A DNA stretch of 64,000 nt from Candidatus Borrarchaeum weybense (GTDB lineage: Archaea > Asgardarchaeota > Sifarchaeia > Borrarchaeales > Borrarchaeaceae), in the NCBI GenBank assembly GCA_019057385.1, contig JAHQJS010000003.1, forward strand, positions 83,212 to 147,211. Reading direction: 5' to 3'. Below are positions 38,991-49,940 of this stretch, piece by piece. A program made the position numbers and the translations under genes. Positions within the stretch are counted from its first letter, which is position 1, and every line of letters starts with the position of its first letter. The notes under the pieces are model-generated. The model saw only the letters and a program-made list of their open reading frames with translations, ran no database searches and was not told the origin of the DNA.

Positions 38991-39260
38991 ATGGGACGAA
39001 CAAAAAAAATTGGATCCGCAGGACGATTTGGAGCAAGATATGGCTCAACAATACGAATGCGAGTGAAAAGAATTGAAGAAAAGATGAAACAATTACATAA
39101 ATGTCCCAGATGTGACATTAAAGCTGTTAAAAGGAAAAGTACAGGAATATGGAAATGCAAGAAATGTGGATATACGTTCACTGGCGGTGCTTATATTCCA
39201 CTAACAGATATTGGTAAAGTTGTTTTAAGGTCGACCAGACGTATTCGAGAAATGAAATAG
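38991..39260 (+). CDS. rpl37ae: Ribosomal protein eL43 (L37Ae)
   Basis: [26 protein letters not shown]. Confidence 0.96.
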   Translation: MGRTKKIGSAGRFGARYGSTIRMRVKRIEEKMKQLHKCPRCDIKAVKRKSTGIWKCKKCGYTFTGGAYIPLTDIGKVVLRSTRRIREMK

Positions 39261-39320
39261 CAAATAAACTCAACATTCTTTTCCGCTTTCTAAAATCAAC
39301 GACCAAAAAGATCTATTTCT

Positions 39321-39575
39321 TCATAATTGGATTGTTTTGTTAAGATCCTGTATTAAAACAATGAGTTTTAATATAGAATTAGTTGTTGAACGCAAGGCAG
39401 TGATATCAGCCGCTTCAATAATGAACTTTATACTTCTTTGACTTCTTTCAACGGAAAAATCGATTTTTGCCCTCTGTGAAGAGAAAGTCTTTATTTCTGG
39501 CAATAAAATGCTATATATTACTTCTGTGGTTTCTAAATCTGAACAGACCATTCTTAGATCCATTTTATATCGCAT
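39321..39575 (-). CDS. pcc1: KEOPS complex subunit Pcc1
   Basis: IYSILLPE...IEAADITALRSTTNSILKL. Confidence 0.85.
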   Translation of the reverse strand: MRYKMDLRMVCSDLETTEVIYSILLPEIKTFSSQRAKIDFSVERSQRSIKFIIEAADITALRSTTNSILKLIVLIQDLNKTIQL

Positions 39576-39837
39576 GTTCAATATATCTTCTCCATTGATT
39601 ACGTTCATTTTGATTATAATAGTCATTTCGGCGCATTTTCAGTTATTTTTAACTGAAACCGCAATTAAGCTGCGTAAACTGACTTGTATTTTTTTAAAAA
39701 ATCGGGGACTATTTATAACCTTTTGGAAACCGATTCTTGAATCTCTTTATCCCATCATTTAAAGATCTGGAAGAGATTTCAAATAAATATTAAATTTATG
39801 CCCTCCAAAAATAAAAGATGTCTATAAGAGGGATATA

Positions 39838-41433
39838 ATGACGATTTCAAAGTCTCGATATGACTCTAAAGTTGTTGAACACTATATTATAGGTCCATAT
39901 CACATTAAAATTTATGAACGTGCTGGAAAATACACCAGCGAAGCACTTTATACGTACACTACTTTGTCTGAGACTTCACCCTTTGGTGAGATCATTGAAT
40001 CTATTTCTAAAAACCTTGCAGAAAATGTGATTACAGAAGACGATATCAAAAGCAAATCCTTAGATCCTCGCTTTTATAGTTTACAGGAACTTTTCGATAG
40101 TAGAAGGGTTCTTGTTGAAGAATATATTTACCAACACTATCCTGAATTTAAAACCATGAAAGATTTAGATGATTTGATAGAACTCGCTTGCTATAAACTC
40201 ATTGGTATTTATAAAATTGCCCCTTTTCTTATGGATGAACATATCGAGGAGTTTTATTTAGATTGCCCCAACACTCAGCTCTATTTAGATCATCGCACCT
40301 TTGGACGGTGTAAAACCACAGTAACCTTGTCTGATGATGACTTAGAACGTATAAAAACGCGATTACGCTATGAAAGCGGTCTGCTACTGGATGAAAGCAA
40401 CCCTTCTATCAAGACGGAGTTGATAACGGATCGTTTTCATGTTCGCATCTCAATGGATATCGCCCCGCTAGCAGCAGATGGTCTTCATTTAGACGTACGT
40501 AAACTAAAACGTAAGGCTTTTACTCTACCAGAATTAGTAGATAATGGTACTCTTCCTGTGGAAATCGCTGCTTACATGTATTTTGCACTGGTGCGACGCC
40601 GTAACATTACGGTCATTGGGGAACCTAATTCAGGTAAAACCACACTTGTCAATGCACTGGACTTGATCACCCCTCCTGAGTGGAGAAAAATCACAATCGA
40701 GGATGTGATTGAAAGTGTTCCTCAACATAATTACGATAAACACCAAGTACGTTTACAAGTCATTCCCTTCGAAGGTGAGAACACATTACGAAGTAAGAGT
40801 AAGGAAATCGTGAAATTATTGCATCGTTCGCCTGATTATGTTTTCTTAGGAGAAATTCAAACCCAAGAACATTCACAAGCTGTGTTTCACGCTCTTACAG
40901 CAGGTCTACACTTAATCCAAACTTGTCACGCCTCGTCGCCTGAAAATCTGATTGTCCGCTGGGTAGAACATCATGGTATTGCCCCCATTAATCTGTTAAC
41001 TTTGGATCTCATCATCTTCATGCGAGCTTATTATCGGCAGAAACTGGTTCGCAGGGTAAGAAGGGTCAGTGAAGTGACAAAGCCTTATGGAGGCGCCGAT
41101 ACACTATTAGAGATCGATTTGAAAATTAACAAAGTACAGTTATGTGACACTTTTAACCTAGATACACGATTGGCAAAAAAGGTTTCCGAATTGTTTGATA
41201 CCCCTGCCCTAAGAGAAATCAGAAATGTGGAGGGGTTAAATTTGGAAGAATTCGTTGAAGAAATGTCCACATACATTGAACTGATTAATTATTTAGTGCA
41301 AAATCACTTATTCGATCCTCAACTCAATGTAAGAGTATTTCATGGACTACATGCTGAAAAACTCAAACAATTAAGAGCATATGGTAGAATAAATTGGCCT
41401 ATACTCTATAATCACGTCATAGAGTTGATCTAA
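39838..41433 (+). CDS. Type II/IV secretion (TadA/VirB11-like) ATPase
   Basis: GEPNSGKTT, ITIEDVIE, LHRSPDYVFLGEI, TCHA. Confidence 0.88.
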   Translation: MTISKSRYDSKVVEHYIIGPYHIKIYERAGKYTSEALYTYTTLSETSPFGEIIESISKNLAENVITEDDIKSKSLDPRFYSLQELFDSRRVLVEEYIYQHYPEFKTMKDLDDLIELACYKLIGIYKIAPFLMDEHIEEFYLDCPNTQLYLDHRTFGRCKTTVTLSDDDLERIKTRLRYESGLLLDESNPSIKTELITDRFHVRISMDIAPLAADGLHLDVRKLKRKAFTLPELVDNGTLPVEIAAYMYFALVRRRNITVIGEPNSGKTTLVNALDLITPPEWRKITIEDVIESVPQHNYDKHQVRLQVIPFEGENTLRSKSKEIVKLLHRSPDYVFLGEIQTQEHSQAVFHALTAGLHLIQTCHASSPENLIVRWVEHHGIAPINLLTLDLIIFMRAYYRQKLVRRVRRVSEVTKPYGGADTLLEIDLKINKVQLCDTFNLDTRLAKKVSELFDTPALREIRNVEGLNLEEFVEEMSTYIELINYLVQNHLFDPQLNVRVFHGLHAEKLKQLRAYGRINWPILYNHVIELI

Positions 41434-41463
41434 TAAGTTTAGTGCTAGAACGAGGGATTTAAG

Positions 41464-42285
41464 TTGTTGTCAAACCTTCCATTGAGTTTATGTAAACTAT
41501 TCGCAGTTCAGCCCTTCAAGTTATTAGGAAAACGATTTTGTCCTTCTAATTTGATAAATCCATGCAATTATTATGAAGATTTGGATTTATCACCAGAAGA
41601 AATTTCTGCTGGAGCTAAAGGTTTCGCTGCTATAATCTTTCTCATTACTATCAGCATATCACTCATCTGGAGATTAGGTCCTTTTTTATATCTTTCAATA
41701 GCCCTTCTTATGGCCTATATAACTCATGGATTACTAATGCGTGCTCTCCCACTAAGATACGCTTATGAAAGGCTAACCATTGAAAAATATGCGGATTTGA
41801 TCCTGAATACCATGCTCTTAGCGTTACTTGCCGGATCAACATTCGATGCCATCTATTTCGTAGCTAAAAGTGACTTTCCACAGGTATCACAGGATTTTGA
41901 AAGGATCCTATATCAGGTTAATAATAATGAGCCGCCAGAAAAACTTCTCTTGGACTACGCCTATAAACAGCCATCAACTACCCTGCGCAAACATATCGCT
42001 ACTCTGTTTTCTATCAATGACTTAGATTCTGCAATTGAAATGATGAAAGAGTCAACCCAGTTTGAAGTACGTAACGCATATGATCAGTTTACTCTTGAAT
42101 TGGATAGTCGATTTGCCCTATCTATAGGTGTTTCTACTTTTATGCCAATTTTTATGGGCTTATTTCTCATTGTTTATGGGCTTGCTAGTTCACCTTTCAT
42201 TCTACTTACAGTACCAATGCATATTTTTCTAATACGTTTTCTTAAAAACCAAGTTCTAAGTAACAAAGTGGAGTTAGTCGGATGA
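41464..42285 (+). CDS. TadB/C-like (T2SS F) membrane platform protein
   Basis: TM-soluble-TM layout directly after the ATPase. Confidence 0.6.
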   Translation: MLSNLPLSLCKLFAVQPFKLLGKRFCPSNLINPCNYYEDLDLSPEEISAGAKGFAAIIFLITISISLIWRLGPFLYLSIALLMAYITHGLLMRALPLRYAYERLTIEKYADLILNTMLLALLAGSTFDAIYFVAKSDFPQVSQDFERILYQVNNNEPPEKLLLDYAYKQPSTTLRKHIATLFSINDLDSAIEMMKESTQFEVRNAYDQFTLELDSRFALSIGVSTFMPIFMGLFLIVYGLASSPFILLTVPMHIFLIRFLKNQVLSNKVELVG

Positions 42286-42992
42286 AATCCTTACTTAAAA
42301 CCACAATTTCGTCATCCTCAACCGATGAGGAACTGAGTGAAGTTGCTAATTTCCTCAGTTATTTTGCCGATGAATTGAAATTAGGTATCTGTCCAGAACA
42401 GGCCTATAGATATGCGTTGGGGAAATATAATGGATCTTTAAAGCCAATTTTTATGGATGGCGCCCGCCAATTAGTTATAGGGGCACAACCTCTAAAACAG
42501 GTACTAATGGGTATTGCAAATTCCCTAAGTAGTTTGAATAGCAATTATTTCCTTCAACTTAGTTGTAAGTTCTTGGAAAAGGATTCGATGGAAGCAGGTA
42601 GAATATTGATGTCTATGATCAGAACCTTAGAAGAGAATTCCACTCTGATTAAGAAACGTAGCCAGTTTATGCGCGCAAAAAATCTTAAGACAAAGATTTT
42701 GTCATTAGCTACCTCACTAGTATTGGGTTACGTAGCAGCCCTTACACCCCTATTTGCAATGCTATTCTTGCTCCGTCAGCAAAATATAGGTGAGATTACA
42801 ACAACCTTGAACTTTAGTCCTTTAGTTTTTTGGCCAGCCATTGCAAGCTTCTTCTTCATTGGCATTCTCACGTCATATCAACTCGCTGAATTCACTGAAG
42901 GAGAATCATCTTGGCCAATGCTTTTTCTTTCCGCCTTGATTTTTGTTATTACATTTTTACTAACTAGAAGCCTCTTGGCAATCTTAATCTAA
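42282..42992 (+). CDS. TadB/C-like membrane platform protein
   Basis: ELKLGICPEQA motif and C-terminal TMs; overlaps the previous stop. Confidence 0.6.
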   Translation: MKSLLKTTISSSSTDEELSEVANFLSYFADELKLGICPEQAYRYALGKYNGSLKPIFMDGARQLVIGAQPLKQVLMGIANSLSSLNSNYFLQLSCKFLEKDSMEAGRILMSMIRTLEENSTLIKKRSQFMRAKNLKTKILSLATSLVLGYVAALTPLFAMLFLLRQQNIGEITTTLNFSPLVFWPAIASFFFIGILTSYQLAEFTEGESSWPMLFLSALIFVITFLLTRSLLAILI

Positions 42993-42999
42993 TAACTGC

Positions 43000-43588
43000 G
43001 TGAACTACCTCACGCTAAAGCAGTGAGGCTTCCTGCTTCCACGACCGAACTTGCTGTCACATAGGGAATACCATTTAAGTATTCCAGTGATACCACAGTA
43101 GAGGATTCAGTCTCCACAGGCTTAACATCCCTACGTCCCGTAGGTACAACCACGTGTTGGTTTAATCCTTCGGTCTCGATATTCACACTGGCATTATGGT
43201 CTCTGTCCATCACTAACCCACAGACCTCACAGACATAGACTCGTTCATCCAACCCGATTTCCCGGATATTACCGCAACGCGAACAGGTTTTGGTAGAAGG
43301 AAACCACCGATCCACTTTAATCGCAGTCTAATGGAGTATGCACCTTTACTTCAAGTGTGCGTGTGATCCCTCCTTCGGAATGCGGCTGATAGCATGCTCT
43401 GAACTGTGACACTACCAAAAGTCTTAGTGTTGGAGGTAGCGATCCCAGCCTTTCACTCGCTAGTCATCTTAGTATAAGAGGCACACCACTATTAAAGTAT
43501 TAGACAGACCCCTTAATGAAAGTGAACATACACACCTACCGCAATTCATCACCAAGCTGAAGCTGTGGTGCTTTCTTGCTTTGTTCAA
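43000..43588 (-). mobile_element. Internally deleted IS200/IS605 element retaining the tnpB 3' end
   Basis: Ends homologous to 15907-16221, right end ...TAGTTCAC, TTAC at 43589-43592. Confidence 0.88.
43010..43315 (-). pseudogene. tnpB: TnpB C-terminal fragment (Zn ribbon + RuvC-III)
   Basis: WFPSTKTCSRCG...CEVCGLVMDRDHNASVNI; RuvC-I is absent. Confidence 0.88.
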
Positions 43589-43649
43589 GTAAATATATAA
43601 GAAAAAATGTTCATTTGTTTAAGTTAATTCGTAAGAGAGGCGCTGGAAC

Positions 43650-44708
43650 GTGAAGTTTCAAGTTCACGATATGGATGGATGGGCAAGAAGTGGAACTTTG
43701 CATGTTAATGGAAAAATATTACAGAGTCCATGTATATTCCTTGGACATTCATTGAATCGAGGAAACCCTCTATCTTGGCACTATTTCGATGTTGAGAGTA
43801 TATTGCTTAATGCTTATGACCTATCAGTCCAAAAAATTGATTTTGTTCGTGTTCGTAAAATCTTGGGTTTTAATGGCGTACTAATGATGGACTCAGGTGG
43901 CTATCAGATTCAACGATTCAAAAGAAATATTGATCGAAAGACAATTATTCAAATCCAAGAGACAAGCAAGCCAGATATCGCTATACCATTAGATTACCCA
44001 TTAACTCCTAAAATGAAGAATGATGAAATCGATAAGAATATTGAGAAGACTTCAAGGAGCAATGAATATTGGAGGAAGCATTATCCGAATGATTTCATTC
44101 CAGTGATCCATGGATACAATGAAAAATATCTCATCGACCAAATAAATAATTTAGAAAACACAGCCTTTCTTGCAATTGGCAGTTTCGTGCCGATTTTAAT
44201 GTACTCTGATCGAAAAAGTTTAGTCGATTTACTCATCACTATAAGAAAAAAGTACCCCGACGTCTTTATTCATTTCTTTGGTGTTTCGTATCTTGTTGCT
44301 TTTCTTTTGTTTCTCCTAGGTGCCGATAGTGTAGATACATCTGCACACCTACATAATGCACGGTTTGGAAGTATACATTTGCAACATACAGGACCTCGTG
44401 CAATTGCATCTAATACAAAGAAAAGAAAGCGGCCTTCAGCACATAAAATATTAGATGAAGAAGCATTTCTCAATGAAAATTGTGGATGCCCTATCTGCCA
44501 TTATTTAGAATTTGATAACCTTAAAGTAAGAGGAGTCCGTGGATTACAATTGAGAGGAATTCATAACGCATGGGTGTATAAATCTGCACCAGCAGAATTA
44601 AGAAAAACTATCAAAGAAAAAAAAACCGCTAAGGTTATTGAGAAGATATTTTCCCAATCAGGACTAAATTACCTTTACAAATATGCCAAACGAAAGTACC
44701 TTACATAA
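43650..44708 (+). CDS. Second TGT-family (7-deazaguanine transglycosylase-like) protein
   Basis: MMDSGGYQ, PLDYP, IPVIHG, IHFFG, DSVDTS, CGCPIC, HN. Confidence 0.85.
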   Translation: MKFQVHDMDGWARSGTLHVNGKILQSPCIFLGHSLNRGNPLSWHYFDVESILLNAYDLSVQKIDFVRVRKILGFNGVLMMDSGGYQIQRFKRNIDRKTIIQIQETSKPDIAIPLDYPLTPKMKNDEIDKNIEKTSRSNEYWRKHYPNDFIPVIHGYNEKYLIDQINNLENTAFLAIGSFVPILMYSDRKSLVDLLITIRKKYPDVFIHFFGVSYLVAFLLFLLGADSVDTSAHLHNARFGSIHLQHTGPRAIASNTKKRKRPSAHKILDEEAFLNENCGCPICHYLEFDNLKVRGVRGLQLRGIHNAWVYKSAPAELRKTIKEKKTAKVIEKIFSQSGLNYLYKYAKRKYLT

Positions 44709-45717
44709 TTATGGGGGTTTCTTGTTGACCTTTGACATATTTTTTCAATAAAGTGCAATAATGATCGCGGACACTGTATTCGGCGACATTTAATATTTTT
44801 GCCAATAATTTTTGAGTGAGGACAGATCGTCTTTTACTCTGTTTCGCAATCAATAAATCAGCACCATAAATCACTGAGGCTGCAAAGATGTATGGATGTC
44901 TACCGCCGCGTTGTTCTGCAGTGATACTTTCTAAAAGCATGTATGCCGTTTTCATAAGATATGTTTGATACTCTGAAGGAGACCATAACCGACGCTTAAT
45001 GCGCAGTGCGACCTCAGGGTGTCTAACAATCTTGCTAACAAGTCGAGGGATATAATCTTCGCTTTTCCTTCTTTTTAATTCAATTCCTGGAGTTTTTTTC
45101 AACATCTCAATAATACGCATTACTTTATTAATAGGAATTCTATGTCCAAGTTGTCTAAATGCAGTTACAACTTCTTGTAGTGTAATAGGTACTCGCATTT
45201 CACGGATGGCTATGAAAAGTGCTGCAACCATTAAGACAGGATGAGTTGAAACTTCTTTGTGGTCAGCGTTTTTAAGGCTCTTTCTATAAATATAAGCGGC
45301 TCTCTGTTTTGTTTTATCAGATAACTGAAGCAAGGTAACTGCACGATTTAATGATTTTAATACTCTGTACTGGGACTCCTTATGACGTATACGTGCTCTA
45401 AAATTGTAAATTCGGTTTAATTTCCTGAAATAGAGTTCTTTTTCCTTTGTAAGTAAATTTCCCTGATGATCTCTTGTATTTTTTTCCTTAAAATTGCCGA
45501 TGTAACTACCTATCCCATCAATAATATCTATTCTATTGCCTGGGCTGACATATTGTTTTGATAACTCGTTTCTATCTGTTCTTACCGAAATGATATAGTC
45601 CTGAGGTACATACTGGATATCAGCCACTAGACCACATTTTTCACAAACATAGAGCCCTCTGTTTAGTACTATTTTACCTCTACATTCAGGACATGTTTGA
45701 AGAATACATTCAGTCAT
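44701..45717 (-). CDS. tfb: Divergent TFB/TFIIB-family protein
   Basis: CPEC...CEKCGLV Zn ribbon plus two cyclin repeats (LTQKLLAKILNVAEYSVR). Confidence 0.8.
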   Translation of the reverse strand: MTECILQTCPECRGKIVLNRGLYVCEKCGLVADIQYVPQDYIISVRTDRNELSKQYVSPGNRIDIIDGIGSYIGNFKEKNTRDHQGNLLTKEKELYFRKLNRIYNFRARIRHKESQYRVLKSLNRAVTLLQLSDKTKQRAAYIYRKSLKNADHKEVSTHPVLMVAALFIAIREMRVPITLQEVVTAFRQLGHRIPINKVMRIIEMLKKTPGIELKRRKSEDYIPRLVSKIVRHPEVALRIKRRLWSPSEYQTYLMKTAYMLLESITAEQRGGRHPYIFAASVIYGADLLIAKQSKRRSVLTQKLLAKILNVAEYSVRDHYCTLLKKYVKGQQETPIIM

Positions 45718-46107
45718 TTAAATCCTCCAAGAAACTCTTTTCCTTCAGGGACTCAATCAAGTAATTTCAAAATCTGTTCATTTTTATTAATAATGTTATT
45801 TGATCTTATAAGTATTTTTAAAAAAGAATATCTATTTGATTGAACAAATAGTTCGTTAGATAGAACCTACGTAGTCTACAGAGATTAGCGAATGTAATAT
45901 ATGACGGATCTAAAATCTATTTTTTTGCACTCCTCTGGTATTTTTTAGCATGAAAGCGGCGCAAATACTTTAAAGATAAAAATTGAAAGATGTTGTTAAT
46001 AATCCTTTTTAGGAGTTGCATAAAAAAGACTAAATATACAAAAATCTATTTAGATTCTAAGATATATTATTTAAAAAAAGATTTTCCTACGATACGGAGG
46101 CGCTTCT

Positions 46108-46488
46108 GTGTTTAAACTTAGTCCAAAAAAGCAACGTGATTTAACTGAAATCTTAAGAGAAGTCGTAAATTATGCAGAGCTTGAGGCGATTGCTGTTATC
46201 ACCAAAGAGGGATTACATCTTGCCTTTTTTGCTGCAGGAAAGGTGGACTCTGATCTCTTATCTGCTATATCAGCAGCCATATTAAGTACTGGAGAAATGG
46301 CTGTTGATAAAATGGGGTTTGAAAAACTGTCTGAAGTAATAGTAAGAGGAAAATCAGGCTATATAATCTTAACAGATGCAGGAAAGTTTGTACTTATTGG
46401 CGCTGGCCGTGAGGCAACAAGCCTTGGACTCTCTGTGAGAGTATTGAGGGCCTATGCAAAACGTGTTACTGATCTACTCTCTAAGTAG
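46108..46488 (+). CDS. Roadblock/LC7-domain protein
   Basis: AVITKEGL...LSAISAAILSTGE...VIVRGKSGYIIL. Confidence 0.88.
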   Translation: MFKLSPKKQRDLTEILREVVNYAELEAIAVITKEGLHLAFFAAGKVDSDLLSAISAAILSTGEMAVDKMGFEKLSEVIVRGKSGYIILTDAGKFVLIGAGREATSLGLSVRVLRAYAKRVTDLLSK

Positions 46489-46740
46489 TTTAAATTATGA
46501 ATGAGATAAAGTTTAACGAAGTTATGCAAATTATTTTTAGTTGAAAATTTATAGTTTTTAAAAAATTATTTAACAAGAATTTGCTTTCTGTATTCATTTA
46601 TAATAAAAGCGATTTCTTTAATAAATCTAGAACTTAACGTGTAAATCAATACTAACTTAAGTTTGCAGTATCCAAAACTCACAAAGTAATTCCGACAAAT
46701 CATATATTGCTTAAAGATTTTCTCTTTAACGTGATTTAGA

Positions 46741-48930
46741 ATGATCGATAGTAAATCCATATCACAAATATCTTTAGACGATATTCCAAAAATTGGTCCA
46801 AAATTAAAACAAAAACTTCTTAGCCATTTTGGATCAGAAGAAGCCGCCCTTCGTGCAATCGTCAATGCAGATATTGCCCGTTTAACTTCAATTCCGCTAT
46901 TGGGTAGCAAGTTAGCAATGTCCATCGTCATGTCAGCCTATGATTTACTTGAGGGTATAAGGCTTGAAACAGTCTTGGTAACTGAAGATATTAGAAAAAT
47001 CTATACACAAATACTAGATCTCATCCGTCCATATGCCAATACTTCATTTTCAAAACACAAAATGGCCCTCTTATTCCCATTACCACCTACTCACATTGAT
47101 AAAATAAAGGAGCGTCAAAAGACCTTTCTAAATGCTAAAGAATTAATAGAAGAACTTGGGGAAGAAGATATAAGTCGAATCTGTAGCTTTCTCTCAAGAA
47201 TGAAACCAATTGAAATACAAGAATATAAAACTCGAATTACAGATCGTGTCCTCTTAACTGATGATAAGGAAACCTATGAACGATTGATTACGCACGAAAT
47301 TAATGACGTATATAATATTAGTTTCGTGGATTCACCTCAGGAATCTCTGGACTATATTCAAACTTATGATTATATCATTTATATCGCTCACAAGCATGAA
47401 CTTGATTTTCTTGATAAAGGCTCAAATGTAGAAATAGTTTCCAAAAGTATTTCTGAAGATGAATTACTTCCAGAGAAAACTCTCTTCTTTTATTCCATTA
47501 ATTATGATGTCATTCTGGCTGCTTTTGACTTGGTTGAATTATTTTGGAGTTCATCTAATGATAAATTAAGAGAAATCGTAAATCAAGTTGAAATTCAATC
47601 GACTAGCACCATTAAGGCTATTATGAAGAATATCAAGCCTAATGGTGAAATAGCAGATGAATATGATCCTGAATTGGATCGTTTAAGATCTATATTAAGG
47701 GATTTTGATGGGCTCGTTTCCGATATCGAACTTTGGATTAATAAAGAACTTGTAGATAAACTTTCACAAAGTTCTCTAACAATAGAAGGCAATGAGATTC
47801 TTAACCTAATCAAGGCTTTTGGTTCAGAAACAGGATCCCCTCAACAATTCCAACATTATTTAAAAGATAATATCAGCGATTTAATGACTGACATTATCCA
47901 AGAAGCTGAAGATAAACTCTGTAATCAACTAAATTTCAAAGATGAAGAAGTTGAGTGGCTAGACAATCTCTTTCCAAGAGAATTGATGTATCCCATCGAA
48001 ATTAATCAAAAAAAGAGAAGACAAATCATTGATAATATTCGAAAGAAATTTGTTGCACGAAAGTATCAACTTCTAAAAGAACTTGCTAACAAAGGCAAAA
48101 TTCATATCTCCTTTATTCAGCAAATTGTAGAGACTCTACTTGACTTTGATTTATTCTTTGCTATAGGAAGATTTTCTAAAGAATATCAGTTATTATCGCC
48201 TACAATTGATACAATACACACAGGAATTGGTTTCCAAAAAGGTGTAAACCTATTTCTAAAGAATGAAGAACTTGAGGGTAAAGGAAGAGTAATACCCATT
48301 GATTATATTATTGGCAATGTGCCTCTTGCTCTAGAAGGGACTAATCAACAGCGAATTGCCGTTTTAAGTGGTGCAAACTCTGGAGGTAAGTCATGTACAC
48401 TTCAGTTGATCGGTCAAATTGCCATTTTGGCACAAATGGGACTACCTGTCCCTACTAGTGCTGCTTTCTCGTCTGTTTTTGAAGAAATCTATTATTTTTC
48501 AAAATCTGTTGGAATACTTAGTGCTGGGGCTTTTGAATCCACATTAAAAAGATTTGCAGAGGTTATACTTAGCCCTCAAAGCAAACTTATTCTAGTTGAT
48601 GAATTTGAATCGATAACGGAACCTGGAGCTGGCGCAAAGGTTATTGGTGGCATTTTAGAAATGCTTTATAAAAATGAAAAATGCTGTGCAGTCTTTGTAA
48701 GTCATTTAGCTGGTGAAATATCTCAAACTATTAAAGATCTTATTAGAATTGACGGTATTGAAGCAAGTGGATTAGATGAAAACCTTGAACTCATTGTTGA
48801 GCGAACACCAAAATTTAATCATTTAGCTAAGAGCACGCCTGAGTTAATAGTTGAAAAACTATATCGATCGACAGATCGAGATAACGAGAAAGAAATCTAC
48901 GAGGATTTGCTAAATATAATTAAAAAGTAA
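46741..48930 (+). CDS. Archaeal MutS-like ATPase with N-terminal HhH (no mismatch-binding domain)
   Basis: IPKIGPK HhH, SGANSGGKS, AGAFE, LVDEFE, VSHL. Confidence 0.85.
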   Translation: MIDSKSISQISLDDIPKIGPKLKQKLLSHFGSEEAALRAIVNADIARLTSIPLLGSKLAMSIVMSAYDLLEGIRLETVLVTEDIRKIYTQILDLIRPYANTSFSKHKMALLFPLPPTHIDKIKERQKTFLNAKELIEELGEEDISRICSFLSRMKPIEIQEYKTRITDRVLLTDDKETYERLITHEINDVYNISFVDSPQESLDYIQTYDYIIYIAHKHELDFLDKGSNVEIVSKSISEDELLPEKTLFFYSINYDVILAAFDLVELFWSSSNDKLREIVNQVEIQSTSTIKAIMKNIKPNGEIADEYDPELDRLRSILRDFDGLVSDIELWINKELVDKLSQSSLTIEGNEILNLIKAFGSETGSPQQFQHYLKDNISDLMTDIIQEAEDKLCNQLNFKDEEVEWLDNLFPRELMYPIEINQKKRRQIIDNIRKKFVARKYQLLKELANKGKIHISFIQQIVETLLDFDLFFAIGRFSKEYQLLSPTIDTIHTGIGFQKGVNLFLKNEELEGKGRVIPIDYIIGNVPLALEGTNQQRIAVLSGANSGGKSCTLQLIGQIAILAQMGLPVPTSAAFSSVFEEIYYFSKSVGILSAGAFESTLKRFAEVILSPQSKLILVDEFESITEPGAGAKVIGGILEMLYKNEKCCAVFVSHLAGEISQTIKDLIRIDGIEASGLDENLELIVERTPKFNHLAKSTPELIVEKLYRSTDRDNEKEIYEDLLNIIKK

Positions 48931-49003
48931 AAAAATGAGTCAGAGATAATTTGTGGGAACTATGAAATAAGAGCACCTCTCATTATTAACGAAGAAGAGT
49001 TTT

Positions 49004-49270
49004 TTATACAAAGAGGCTAATCCAGATACCAGTATCCAAGTAAAGAAATAGCATAAACAATAAGAATCCACCGAATATCATTTTCTTGCCATTCCTTTCA
49101 TCGATGCCTGACATGTAACATATGAGTCCAATAGCAAAGACAAAACCGCCAACCATCCAACCCAATCGGAAGATAAAAATCATTGTATCTGTTAATGTAT
49201 CTGTTAACAAAGTAGGAAGACTTTGAAGACGATCTAATTTCGACCATGGATCTCCATTCTCGCTTTGCAT
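49004..49270 (-). CDS. Small two-TM membrane protein
   Basis: Two hydrophobic helices flanking GKKMIFGG, loosely VirB2/TrbC pilin-like. Confidence 0.5.
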   Translation of the reverse strand: MQSENGDPWSKLDRLQSLPTLLTDTLTDTMIFIFRLGWMVGGFVFAIGLICYMSGIDERNGKKMIFGGFLLFMLFLYLDTGIWISLFV

Positions 49271-49364
49271 ATTGCGTCAACTCACACGCTATTAAAAAAT
49301 GTATATAAAAAACCAGCGCTTTTCATTTTCTATATTTTAAAACTGAAAATTCAAGAGATTTACA

Positions 49365-49808
49365 GTGACATCCTCCCCACCCTTTCGGTTGGGGCTTCCA
49401 GCTTTCCACTGCAGTTCTCGCTCTCTCACGGGAGGCGACGCTTCGCCACTGTCACTACACTTATGGGCTTACGGAAACTTACCAGGTTGCACACGCTGCT
49501 CACCCTTATCCTGCCCCTTCTTTATCTGCCTGCAGGATGCTATTGATCTATTACCTGCCTGACCGACAGGTTAGCAAACTGTAAACAACAAGGGGAATAT
49601 CTTGCCAAGCTGGATAAGACCTCATACACGGACATCCTTACGTTTAGCCCTGTCACGTGCTGACTGGTCGCTTACAGGAGGATATACCTCCACCCAGTCG
49701 GGCATTACGGGTACACTCATGGTACCATATATAGAGGGTTCAAGTAACTATAAAAAGACATCAACTTTCATCCCCTCCCTCTCGGAAGGAGATTTCCCGC
49801 CGATAAAG
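49365..49808 (-). mobile_element. Non-autonomous IS200/IS605-type element (second family)
   Basis: Right end GAAGCCCCAACCGAAAGGGTGGGGAGGATGTCAC, left-end hairpin TCTCCTTCCGAGAGGGAGGGGA, GC-rich interior, no transposase ORF. Confidence 0.75.
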
Positions 49809-49940
49809 TTAAAGATTAACTATTAAGAAATAATACATAGTTCGTTAAGAATAGCTTGTTATTTCCGGTAACAAAATTGCAGAACTTTTCAGTATAAACT
49901 TAATCAGTTAATTCAACAGGTAAAATTGCTGGTAAGTTAA

